DNA of 13,630 nucleotides, from contig JANLPS010000336.1 in the NCBI GenBank assembly GCA_031367385.1, positions 1-13,630 on the forward strand. The letters run 5' to 3'. Positions 7,461 through 13,630 of this stretch are shown piece after piece. The notes under the pieces were generated by a model that saw only the letters and a program-made list of their open reading frames with translations, ran no database searches and had not been told where the DNA came from. The position numbers were made by a program, and so were the translations under genes. How positions within the stretch are numbered: the first letter of the stretch is position 1; each line of letters starts with the position of its first letter. The stretch is from Archangium sp. (GTDB taxonomy: Bacteria > Myxococcota > Myxococcia > Myxococcales > Myxococcaceae).

Positions 7461-8831
7461 ATGCCTTCGAACGTTCATGATTCTGTGCTCTTGGCCATCG
7501 GCCACACCCCGCTGGTCAAGCTCAACGCGCTGGTCGGCCCGAAAGACGCGACCGTCTACGCCAAGCTCGAGTTCATGAACCCGGGCGGCGCCGTCAAAGA
7601 CCGCATGGCGTTGCACATGATCAACAAGGCCGAGAAGTCAGGCGCGCTCAAGCCCGGCGGCACCATCGTCGAGAATACGTCGGGCAACACCGGCTTCGGC
7701 CTGGCGATGGTCGCGGCGGTGCGTGGGTACAAGTGCATCTTCACGATGCCCGACAAGATGTCGCTCGAGAAGATCAACCGGCTCAAGGCGATGGGCGCGC
7801 AGGTGGTGGTGACTCCGACGAACGTGGCCGCCGATGACCCGCGCAGCTACTACGAGACCGCCAAGCGCATCGTCAAAGAGACGCCGGGCGCCTTCTACCC
7901 GAACCAGTACCACTCGCCCGACAACATCGAGGCGCACTACCTGACCACGGGCCCCGAGCTCTACGAGCAGCTCGACGGCAAGCTCGATTTCTTCGTGGCG
8001 GGGCTGGGCACCGGCGGCACGATGAGCGGCGTCGGCAAATACCTCAAAGAGAAAAACCCGGCGATTCAGACCGTCGGCGTCGACCCGATTGGCTCGGTGT
8101 ACGCGGGGTACTTCAAGACCGGCAAGGTCGGTGAGTCGCACACCTACAAGGTCGAGGGCATCGGCGAAGACATGCTGTGCGGGGCGATGAACTTCAAAGT
8201 GGTCGACCAGATTCGGCAGGTCGATGATCGCCAGAGCTTCATCGCGGCGCGTCGGCTGGCGCGTGAAGAGGGCTTGTTCGCCGGTGGCTCGTCGGGCGCG
8301 GCGGTGCACGTAGCGGTCGAGGTCGCCAAGGAGCTCGGCGCGGGCAAGACCGTGGTGGTGGTGCTGACCGACTCGGGCAGCAGCTACGTCTCGAAGTTCT
8401 TCTCTGATGAGTGGATGCGCGACAACGGCTTCATCGAAGACAAAGGCCCCGGCACGGTGGGAGACATCTTGAAGACCCGGCCGCAGAAGCTAATCACCGC
8501 GGTGAAGGGGCAGAAGGTAGGTCAGGTCATCGAGGTGATGAAGCGCGATGGCATCTCGCAGATGCCAGTGCTGGCGGCCGACGGGTCGGCGATGGGCATG
8601 CTGCACGAGTACGACTTGCTCAATGGGTTGGTGGCCGGGCACTCGAAGCTTGGTGACGCGATCGATGCGTTGATTGCGCCGCTGCAGGGCACGGTGACCA
8701 ACGAGACGACCATCGCGCAGCTGCGGCAGGTCTTCGCGCAAGACAACGTGGCGGTGGTGCGCGACGGGCAGAAGGTCACGGGCATCGTGACGAAGATCGA
8801 CTTGATCGAGTTTCTCTCGCGCGCGCCATAA
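7461..8831 (+). CDS. cbs: Cystathionine beta-synthase / cysteine synthase family PLP enzyme with a C-terminal CBS domain pair (456 aa)
   Basis: IGHTPLVKL, NPGGAVKDR (PLP lysine), TSGNTG, NQY, GTGGT, YKVEGIG and GGSSG motifs. C-terminal CBS pair (ISQMPV, GIVTKIDL). No N-terminal haem domain. Confidence 0.9.
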   Translation: MPSNVHDSVLLAIGHTPLVKLNALVGPKDATVYAKLEFMNPGGAVKDRMALHMINKAEKSGALKPGGTIVENTSGNTGFGLAMVAAVRGYKCIFTMPDKMSLEKINRLKAMGAQVVVTPTNVAADDPRSYYETAKRIVKETPGAFYPNQYHSPDNIEAHYLTTGPELYEQLDGKLDFFVAGLGTGGTMSGVGKYLKEKNPAIQTVGVDPIGSVYAGYFKTGKVGESHTYKVEGIGEDMLCGAMNFKVVDQIRQVDDRQSFIAARRLAREEGLFAGGSSGAAVHVAVEVAKELGAGKTVVVVLTDSGSSYVSKFFSDEWMRDNGFIEDKGPGTVGDILKTRPQKLITAVKGQKVGQVIEVMKRDGISQMPVLAADGSAMGMLHEYDLLNGLVAGHSKLGDAIDALIAPLQGTVTNETTIAQLRQVFAQDNVAVVRDGQKVTGIVTKIDLIEFLSRAP

Positions 8832-8837
8832 AGCGCT

Positions 8838-9629
8838 TCAGCCCTCAGACGACGAGGCGGGCTCCAACAGGGTCGCGGCCGCAGTCGCGATGCCCAGAGT
8901 CTCGAGAACCGCAGTGACCCTTTTGGGGTCACCGCGATAGTGAATCTCGGTGGAGCGACCATCCAACCCAACGAATCGCATGTTGGAGGTGCCGTTGCCT
9001 TTCCCGTCGCCATTGACGTACTCCTCGACCTGAACGCTGACGATTTCGCTCAGGGGAATCGCGATGGACCGCACCGCGAGCATTCGCTGCGTAATGACGA
9101 CGAAGCTTTCCCTCTTGGCCCATGCTGCCGAGAACGCGACCGCGAAAACCAACCCAAAGAGGGCCAGGCACCCCAGGCCGCCAGCGTCGCCAGACCAGCT
9201 CGCGACGGCCAGCCCAACAACGATTGCCGCGCCGCCTGCGGCCACCGCGACCGCCATCGGCGCAGATGCAGACTCCGTTTTGTATCGAAGGGGGAGATGG
9301 CTGCGGAGGTCTGCGAGCGCGTTGGCGCCGGGGAGCACAGGCAGAGCAAGCTCACGAAGCATTTTCGCGGCGAGGGCATTCGTCCTTTTCAACGAGGTTT
9401 CGAGTTGTCGAACGAGCCGTCGCCCCGCCGGGGATTCAGAAACTCTCACGAGCGCCTGTTGATCGCCGGCAGACGTCTCAATCTCGAGTCGAGATTCGTC
9501 TATCGACCAGCCTGACCCGCGTAACGCATCGTGCACGTCATCCCACCGCGCGAGCAGCAGTTCGACCTGCTCGACCCGCCCCTCAAGACGAATTCGAAGC
9601 TCACTCTCGCTCGAATCGTCTCGCAACAC
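8838..9629 (-). CDS. Hypothetical membrane protein (263 aa): two central TM helices and a possible PH-like C-terminal domain
   Basis: Long ORF with a GTG start. Hydrophobic MAVAVAAGGAAIVVGLAVASW and LGCLALFGLVFAVAFSAAWA. Followed by IPLSEIVSVQV. Converges on cbs with a 6-bp gap. Confidence 0.7.
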   Translation of the reverse strand: MLRDDSSESELRIRLEGRVEQVELLLARWDDVHDALRGSGWSIDESRLEIETSAGDQQALVRVSESPAGRRLVRQLETSLKRTNALAAKMLRELALPVLPGANALADLRSHLPLRYKTESASAPMAVAVAAGGAAIVVGLAVASWSGDAGGLGCLALFGLVFAVAFSAAWAKRESFVVITQRMLAVRSIAIPLSEIVSVQVEEYVNGDGKGNGTSNMRFVGLDGRSTEIHYRGDPKRVTAVLETLGIATAAATLLEPASSSEG

Positions 9630-9723
9630 GCGCCCACGATACTAGGGGCAGAGTGCCCAGTGGCGAATCGAATGTGTGAAACGCAGTGTCGATTCGAAAT
9701 CGTCGCGCCGGGAGGAGAGACCC

Positions 9724-9808
9724 TGCGCACCGTGGCGCTCGATTGAAAGGAGCTGGTTGCGACGAGCACGGCCTCTGATGACCGAGGACCCGCCCTCTTT
9801 TAGGCAGC
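9724..9808. repeat. Block A, copy 1
   Basis: 9724-9782 aligns ungapped to 11150-11208 at 51/59, with a 22-nt identical core cgctcgattgaaaggagctggt. Similarity continues (cccgccctcttttaggcagc vs cccgcccgccttcaggcggc) to 9808/11233. Confidence 0.9.
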
Positions 9809-9848
9809 GTTCGTGCGTGGGCACCGTACGGAGCGCCCGTTTTCCCAC

Positions 9849-9912
9849 GCGAACTTTCAAAGTGACGAAAACGTAATGTTGAAAGTGACGTTTCGGTCAC
9901 TTTGAAAGTGAC
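9849..9912. repeat. Block B, copy 1 (64 bp, three 17-bp palindromic units)
   Basis: gcgaactttcaaagtgacgaaaacgtaatgttgaaagtgacgtttcggtcactttgaaagtgac is identical to 12073-12136. A leftward extension 9825-9848 matches 12049-12072 at 18/24. Confidence 0.97.
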
Positions 9913-9935
9913 ATCGCTGGCTGCGTCAGCCGTGA

Positions 9936-11090
9936 CTACAACTGCCCAGTGGCGATGAGCCTTTCGAAGGCCTCGAGGCCGAACACTTCAATGCCGCCCT
10001 GCAGCCTCAACGTCGAGCTCTTCGGGTACACCAGTATGCGTCGCTCGAGCCCGGCCAACCCCGCCACGGCGTCAAGGCCAGCGCGATCGCCTTCGCGCGG
10101 CCGAGGCGATGACTTCACCTCGATGGCGACGAACTTCTTGCCGCGCCGAAGCAGAAAATCGACTTCGACCTGTGCGCCTTCAGTGGGTGCCCAGTACGCC
10201 CAGTCGTCATAGACGCCTCGGTAGTCGTTCCATCCACGCAAGATGGTCGCCACGACGCCCTCGAAGAGCGGGCCTCGCTCCTCTGGGGCAACCGGGCCTC
10301 GGTGTTGCTTGGCGGCGCGAACCACGCCCGCGTCAACCCAAAAGAGCTTTGGGTGCTTTCGCTCTCTGACCCGAAGCTTTGCCTCGAACGCTGGCAATCG
10401 AAACGCGAGCAAGGTGTCTTCGAGAACATCGAGGTAGTCGTTCACCGTGGTACGAGCGACCCCGCTGTCTCGAGCGAGCGACGAGACATTCACGGTCTGA
10501 CCATGCATCAAGGCCGCGATCGGCAGAAAGCGGCTGAACCCGGCCAAGCTTCGAGCCAACGCTTCAGCTTGAATTTCGTCGCGGAGATAGCTGAGCACGT
10601 ACGAGCTCAGCGTTTGCTCGGGGCTTGGCGAGGCAAGAACGATTGGCAAGGTGCCGAATCTCATCGCTTCATCGATGTTGAAACGGCCCTCCATTTCGCT
10701 CGGCAAGAAGGGGTGCATCGTCTTTCGCAACGCGCGGCCCGCGAGCAGATTCACGCCCTCGCGTTTGAGCTTTCGGGCGCTTGAACCCGACAAGACGAAG
10801 CGCAGCCCAGCGGTCTCAATGCTGCGATGCACTTCATTGAGCAATGACGGCAGTCGTTGAACCTCGTCAATGCAGACCCACGAGCGTGGGCGCAAGCCAC
10901 GTAAGCGGTCGGCGAGCCGGCCGGGCGTGAGCAGCTCGTAAAACAGGGCTTCGTCGAGCAGGTCGAATCGAACGCCTTTCGAAAAGTGCTGCCGGAGCCA
11001 GGTGCTCTTTCCACTCCCCCGAGGCCCGAAGAGGAAAAAGCTCTGGCTTGGTGGCTTGAGCGCGCGTGGCAATTGCTGGGTGATGACCAT
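9936..11090 (-). CDS. AAA+ ATPase (AAA_14) with C-terminal DUF4143 PD-(D/E)XK-like domain (384 aa)
   Basis: Walker A GPRGSGKS, Walker B VCIDEVQ, LSGSS, LAGR, HTH-like NVSSLARDSGVARTTVNDYL, PKLFWVDAG and EVDFLL...AIEVK. Start placed at ATG 11090 because the longer ORF runs through non-coding block A. Confidence 0.92.
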   Translation of the reverse strand: MVITQQLPRALKPPSQSFFLFGPRGSGKSTWLRQHFSKGVRFDLLDEALFYELLTPGRLADRLRGLRPRSWVCIDEVQRLPSLLNEVHRSIETAGLRFVLSGSSARKLKREGVNLLAGRALRKTMHPFLPSEMEGRFNIDEAMRFGTLPIVLASPSPEQTLSSYVLSYLRDEIQAEALARSLAGFSRFLPIAALMHGQTVNVSSLARDSGVARTTVNDYLDVLEDTLLAFRLPAFEAKLRVRERKHPKLFWVDAGVVRAAKQHRGPVAPEERGPLFEGVVATILRGWNDYRGVYDDWAYWAPTEGAQVEVDFLLRRGKKFVAIEVKSSPRPREGDRAGLDAVAGLAGLERRILVYPKSSTLRLQGGIEVFGLEAFERLIATGQL

Positions 11091-11127
11091 GGCGTCAATT
11101 TTCGTCGAAAAATGACGGCGATGTCTA
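11091..11127 (-). promoter_or_regulatory. Putative sigma70-type leaderless promoter with an overlapping palindromic operator
   Basis: Minus strand TAGACA (11127-11122)-18 nt-GAAAAT (11103-11098)-7 nt-ATG, with no SD. Inverted repeat cgtcaattttcg-t-cgaaaaatgacg (11093-11117, 11/12 pairs). Confidence 0.55.
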
Positions 11128-11149
11128 CAGCTTCCGTCACTGAAGGCCG

Positions 11150-11233
11150 TGCGCGTCGTGCCGCTCGATTGAAAGGAGCTGGTCACAACGAGCACGGCCT
11201 CCGCTGACGGTTGCCCGCCCGCCTTCAGGCGGC
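11150..11233. repeat. Block A, copy 2 (overlaps a long imperfect hairpin, 11134-11210)
   Basis: Homologous to 9724-9808. Arms 11134-11160 and 11184-11210 are complementary at 22/27 positions. Confidence 0.9.
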
Positions 11234-11235
11234 TG

Positions 11236-11907
11236 CTACTCGGTCGGCACCTTGAAACCACCGAGCGCCTTGATCAACGCAGGCAGACCATCGACCGGAG
11301 CGCGCAAGATCACCTTGGTCTTGGTCACCGTGGCGCTCGCGCCTTTGACGCCCGACTCTTTCACCGCCGCCAAAATCGCCTTCGCCGCCGGTGTCTCCTT
11401 TCGGGGCTTCGGCTCTTTGCCGCTGGCTTGTGAAACCGCCGCCTGAAGATCGACGGTCGCGAGGCCGCGCAAGGGCTTGCTGAACACCTTCCCATCGCGC
11501 TTGAACTGCACCTTGAGCTTGTCGAAGTCGATCGCGCCACGACTCACGATCGGCTGTTTGGTCTTCGCCTCGACGTACGCAATCGCGAGAAACAACCTCG
11601 TCGGGCCGTAACGGGCGAGCTCACCGGCCGTCGACAGCTTGGCGACACGCACGTTTCGGGCGACCGACTGGCGGCTCTCATCGAGCTCGGCTTCGTAAAA
11701 GGCCACATCGGTCGCAAAGCCGCCTGCCAAGTAGAGCGGAGGAACGTGCTCAACGATGGCAGTGACCGTCGTGTACTTCTTGTGCCACGCGGAGGTACCT
11801 TCGGTCTTGGCCTCGTGGAGCTGAGAGATGGCCTGGGCGTACAGGCGCTTCAGCGCGGCATCGATCTTCACCACCACGGCATCAGGGTTCGTCAACTCCT
11901 GCGTCAT
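11236..11907 (-). CDS. Hypothetical protein (223 aa), basic C-terminal half, possible helical DNA-binding segment
   Basis: AAGGAG at 11914-11919, 6 nt before the ATG. Segment LYLAGGFATDVAFYEAELDESRQSVARNVRVA...RYGPTRL is loosely reminiscent of DUF3102-like helical proteins (from memory, unverified). Confidence 0.85.
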   Translation of the reverse strand: MTQELTNPDAVVVKIDAALKRLYAQAISQLHEAKTEGTSAWHKKYTTVTAIVEHVPPLYLAGGFATDVAFYEAELDESRQSVARNVRVAKLSTAGELARYGPTRLFLAIAYVEAKTKQPIVSRGAIDFDKLKVQFKRDGKVFSKPLRGLATVDLQAAVSQASGKEPKPRKETPAAKAILAAVKESGVKGASATVTKTKVILRAPVDGLPALIKALGGFKVPTE

Positions 11908-11933
11908 TGCGTGCTCCTTGGGTGCTGCCGGCC

Positions 11934-11950
11934 TCCCAAAATATTTGGGA
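11934..11950. promoter_or_regulatory. Short perfect inverted repeat upstream of the 223-aa gene's RBS (possible operator or mRNA hairpin)
   Basis: tcccaaa-ata-tttggga, AT-rich in a GC-rich background. Confidence 0.4.
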
Positions 11951-12072
11951 CGCGGCTTACACGCGGGGCTCGGTTTTTCGATTTATGGTTGGTGCGCTTT
12001 TCGAAAAGAAGATTTTCACGAGCACGTGCAATGGCCCGCGGTGCCGGTCGTACGCGGCGCCCGTTTGTCGAA

Positions 12073-12136
12073 GCGAACTTTCAAAGTGACGAAAACGTAA
12101 TGTTGAAAGTGACGTTTCGGTCACTTTGAAAGTGAC
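12073..12136. repeat. Block B, copy 2
   Basis: Identical to 9849-9912. Overlaps the last 16 nt of the nucleotidyltransferase gene, including its TGA. Confidence 0.97.
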
Positions 12137-12717
12137 GTCTTCACCAGCGCCCGAAACTCAGCTCGCCTCGAAGTCTCAAGAATCTCGTCGAACTCCCACA
12201 ACGTCTTCTCGACGGCATCGGAGTCGAAGCGGCCACCGGTCTTCAGCAGCGCCTCGACGTCACGCATGTCTTGGGGTCGTCCTGCGACGAGCTTGTAGAT
12301 CAGCAAGGCCGTCAATGACGGCACCGGTATCATCACTCCGTCGAACGAAATGACTTCGGCCTGAGCCGCCGCCTGTTGCTCGAATGCCTGCTGGGCGAGG
12401 CTGACGTCGACTGGCACGCCAGTCGCTCGATGGTGGAGCAGGAGCACAAGGTTCTCTCGCGCGAAGCGAGCGGCGTTGCTGATTCGAGGCGTCAGCCCTT
12501 GCTTCGCGGCGACTTTGACGAGCTCTTCGACCTCTTCGATGCCCGCCGCGACAGTCGCGTCGATGTCGATGGTCGAACGGGCGAAACCGCGCGCGATGAC
12601 GGCGACTCCGCCGATGATGGCCGCTGGGCGGCCGGTGGCCGCGAGAAATTGCGCAACGGCCGCGAGCGCTTCGAGAAACGGCGAGCGGTCGACAGGTGAG
12701 CGGCGAGGCGCTTCCAC
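12121..12717 (-). CDS. Pol-beta-superfamily nucleotidyltransferase, AbiEii/AbiGii/DUF6036-like putative toxin
   Basis: IIGGVAV...RSTIDID catalytic motif, VPVDV, and LLIYKLVAGRPQDMRDV C-terminal motif. Start is uncertain: GTG 12717 is preferred over ATG 12786, whose extra 23 aa are an Arg/Lys-rich shadow of the upstream gene. Confidence 0.85.
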   Translation of the reverse strand: MEAPRRSPVDRSPFLEALAAVAQFLAATGRPAAIIGGVAVIARGFARSTIDIDATVAAGIEEVEELVKVAAKQGLTPRISNAARFARENLVLLLHHRATGVPVDVSLAQQAFEQQAAAQAEVISFDGVMIPVPSLTALLIYKLVAGRPQDMRDVEALLKTGGRFDSDAVEKTLWEFDEILETSRRAEFRALVKTSLSK

Positions 12718-12914
12718 AGCTCGGCGACGGGTCTGGCGGCCTCGTCGTGGAGCTTTCTTTGCTGCGGGCTTGCGGCGAGCGGCCATTGAGCCTCGATGAG
12801 CGAGAGCGAGAGTCGAATCGATTCCTTCGGGCTACAGACGAACAGGCTCTGTGCCTGGGCCCGGCTGCGCGCGGCGACCCACTGACGCAGCGTTTTGGGG
12901 TCGAACGAAGGCAC
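12492..12914 (-). CDS. Small helical hypothetical protein, putative antitoxin partner of the nucleotidyltransferase
   Basis: From GTG 12914 the first ~75 aa look protein-like (PSFDPKTLRQWVAAR...SPKESIRLSLSLIE...HDEAARPVAELWKRL). Position directly upstream of the toxin-like gene. The frame has no stop until 12492. Confidence 0.55.
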   Translation of the reverse strand: MPSFDPKTLRQWVAARSRAQAQSLFVCSPKESIRLSLSLIEAQWPLAASPQQRKLHDEAARPVAELWKRLAAHLSTARRFSKRSRPLRNFSRPPAAQRPSSAESPSSRAVSPVRPSTSTRLSRRASKRSKSSSKSPRSKG

Positions 12915-12958
12915 GGCGCCAATGTGCCACATTCCCTCAACGGCATGAGCCGCTATCC

Positions 12959-13088
12959 TCTCATGGTGAGCGCGGTGAGCGCGGTGAGAATCTCATGGTG
13001 AGCTTGTCGAACCACGAACAACGGAGTCGACGGTCACCTCACAGCGCTCGCTTCAGCGCGCTCACCGCGCTCGCCTCACCGCGCTCAC
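12959..13088. repeat. REP-like palindromic intergenic cluster
   Basis: gtgagcgcggtgag (12966-12979 and 12975-12988) is perfectly complementary to ctcaccgcgctcac (13075-13088). gagcgcggtgagcgcg (12968-12983) is complementary to 13057-13072. Direct repeat tctcatggtgagc at 12959 and 12991. Core tcatggtgagcttgtcgaacca at 12993-13014. Confidence 0.8.
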
Positions 13089-13146
13089 TGCTGCCACTCG
13101 TTTGCCGCCGTTGCTTCACCGAGTGATGCCTGGGAGAACCTCACCC

Positions 13147-13630
13147 ATGCCCAGAAACCGTTGGCTCCTCGCAGTGGCCTGTCTGCGCATCGCCTGCGTC
13201 TGCCAGGGAGTCGTGGGCGGCGATCCCGACTCCGGCGCTGCAGTGCAGGTGGACGCCGGAGGCACCGTCACCACCGCCGACGCGAGCACCGCCACCGACG
13301 CCGGGCAAGACGCGGGGCCCGCCGTCACCGGCACCGACGCCGGCCGCACCATACCCGTCGGCATGCCCTCGCCCGGCTGCGCAGACGCCGGCGACCCGAC
13401 CCTCACCGCTGACGAGCGGCTGCTCCTGAACCTGCCCGAAGACTCATGGTTCGAAGTACCGAGCTCGCACCTCTACGAGACCTGCAAAAACGCCTCGACG
13501 TTCGGTGACGGCGTGTACTTGGTTCAAGGGTGTGCCGGCTTGATCAACTCCTGGAGCAGCGGCCTCTACGACCCCGAGCGTCAGCGAATGGTGGTCTGGG
13601 GCGGTGGGCACAACGACTACGGCGGCAACG
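13147..13630 (+). CDS. Secreted protein, 5' part (truncated): signal peptide, DAG-rich linker, start of a Kelch/beta-propeller-like domain
   Basis: Not in the ORF track because it lacks a stop. Reads MPRNRWLLAVACLRIACVCQG...DAG repeats...WSSGLYDPERQRMVVWGGGHNDYGGN. GGGAGA at 13132-13137. Alternative in-frame ATG at 13126. Confidence 0.85.
   Translation, partial: MPRNRWLLAVACLRIACVCQGVVGGDPDSGAAVQVDAGGTVTTADASTATDAGQDAGPAVTGTDAGRTIPVGMPSPGCADAGDPTLTADERLLLNLPEDSWFEVPSSHLYETCKNASTFGDGVYLVQGCAGLINSWSSGLYDPERQRMVVWGGGHNDYGGN

Larger units (their letters stand above)
11134..12136 (-). mobile_element. Candidate ~1-kb element: block B - 223-aa gene - block A, with a gene-less derivative at 9724-9912
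   Basis: Same A and B ends in the same order and orientation, separated by 815 bp here and by 16 bp in the other copy. No known transposase motif and no target-site duplication, so mobility is inferred only. Confidence 0.35.

Noticed and set aside
9856..9883. dif/pdif (XerCD) site within block B
   Set aside because: TAATGTTGAAA matches the E. coli XerD arm at 8/11, but the arm 6 bp away does not resemble a XerC site. The 23-bp three-unit periodicity explains the sequence better.
9500..9900. Small ORFs across blocks A and B (9500-9769, 9601-9900, 9642-9860, 9676-9876)
   Set aside because: They overlap repeated non-coding blocks, and their reading frames are not preserved as a unit in the second copy.
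9849..9912. Block B as a mini CRISPR array
   Set aside because: Units are 17 bp with 6-bp spacers, the spacers are identical in both copies, and there are no cas genes in the window.
11120..11220. Block A hairpin as a canonical integron attC
   Set aside because: An AAC precedes the stem on the minus strand, but there is no matching GTTRRRY at the other end, no clear extrahelical-base pattern and no integrase in the window.
11091..11261. 57-aa N-terminal extension of the AAA ATPase in the ORF track
   Set aside because: It runs through non-coding block A and overlaps the 223-aa gene. The family-like sequence and a promoter point to ATG 11090.
12851..13126. 91-aa plus-strand ORF containing LMVSLSNHE
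   Set aside because: It is a translation of the REP-like palindromic cluster, not a plausible protein.

Overview
GC-rich bacterial DNA whose gene content suggests a myxobacterium (inference; no search was run). Bases 1-8831 look like ordinary chromosome. They hold a truncated minus-strand gene, an ECF sigma factor coupled to a membrane-anchored anti-sigma-like protein with a ~150-aa Gly-rich repeat tract, a convergent exported membrane protein, two Cys-rich lipoproteins (one with four C-C-CC-C-C modules), an amgK-murU-like peptidoglycan-recycling pair with an upstream hypothetical gene, a YgiT/MqsA-type zinc-ribbon protein and a cystathionine beta-synthase with a CBS pair. Bases 8838-13090 look accessory. 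Five co-oriented minus-strand genes (small ORF plus AbiEii/DUF6036-like nucleotidyltransferase, a 223-aa unknown protein, an AAA_14/DUF4143 ATPase, a membrane hypothetical) are separated by two kinds of repeated non-coding block. Block B is a 64-bp perfectly identical repeat (9849-9912, 12073-12136) made of three 17-bp palindromic units at 23-bp period. Block A is an ~85-bp repeat (9724-9808, 11150-11233) that forms a long hairpin in one copy. A and B are 16 bp apart in one place and flank the 223-aa gene (815 bp apart) in the other, as in a full-length element and its empty derivative, or a cassette array. No transposase or integrase is in the window. This A/B/ORF223 arrangement is the best candidate for an undescribed system. 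The window ends with a REP-like palindromic cluster and a truncated secreted protein.
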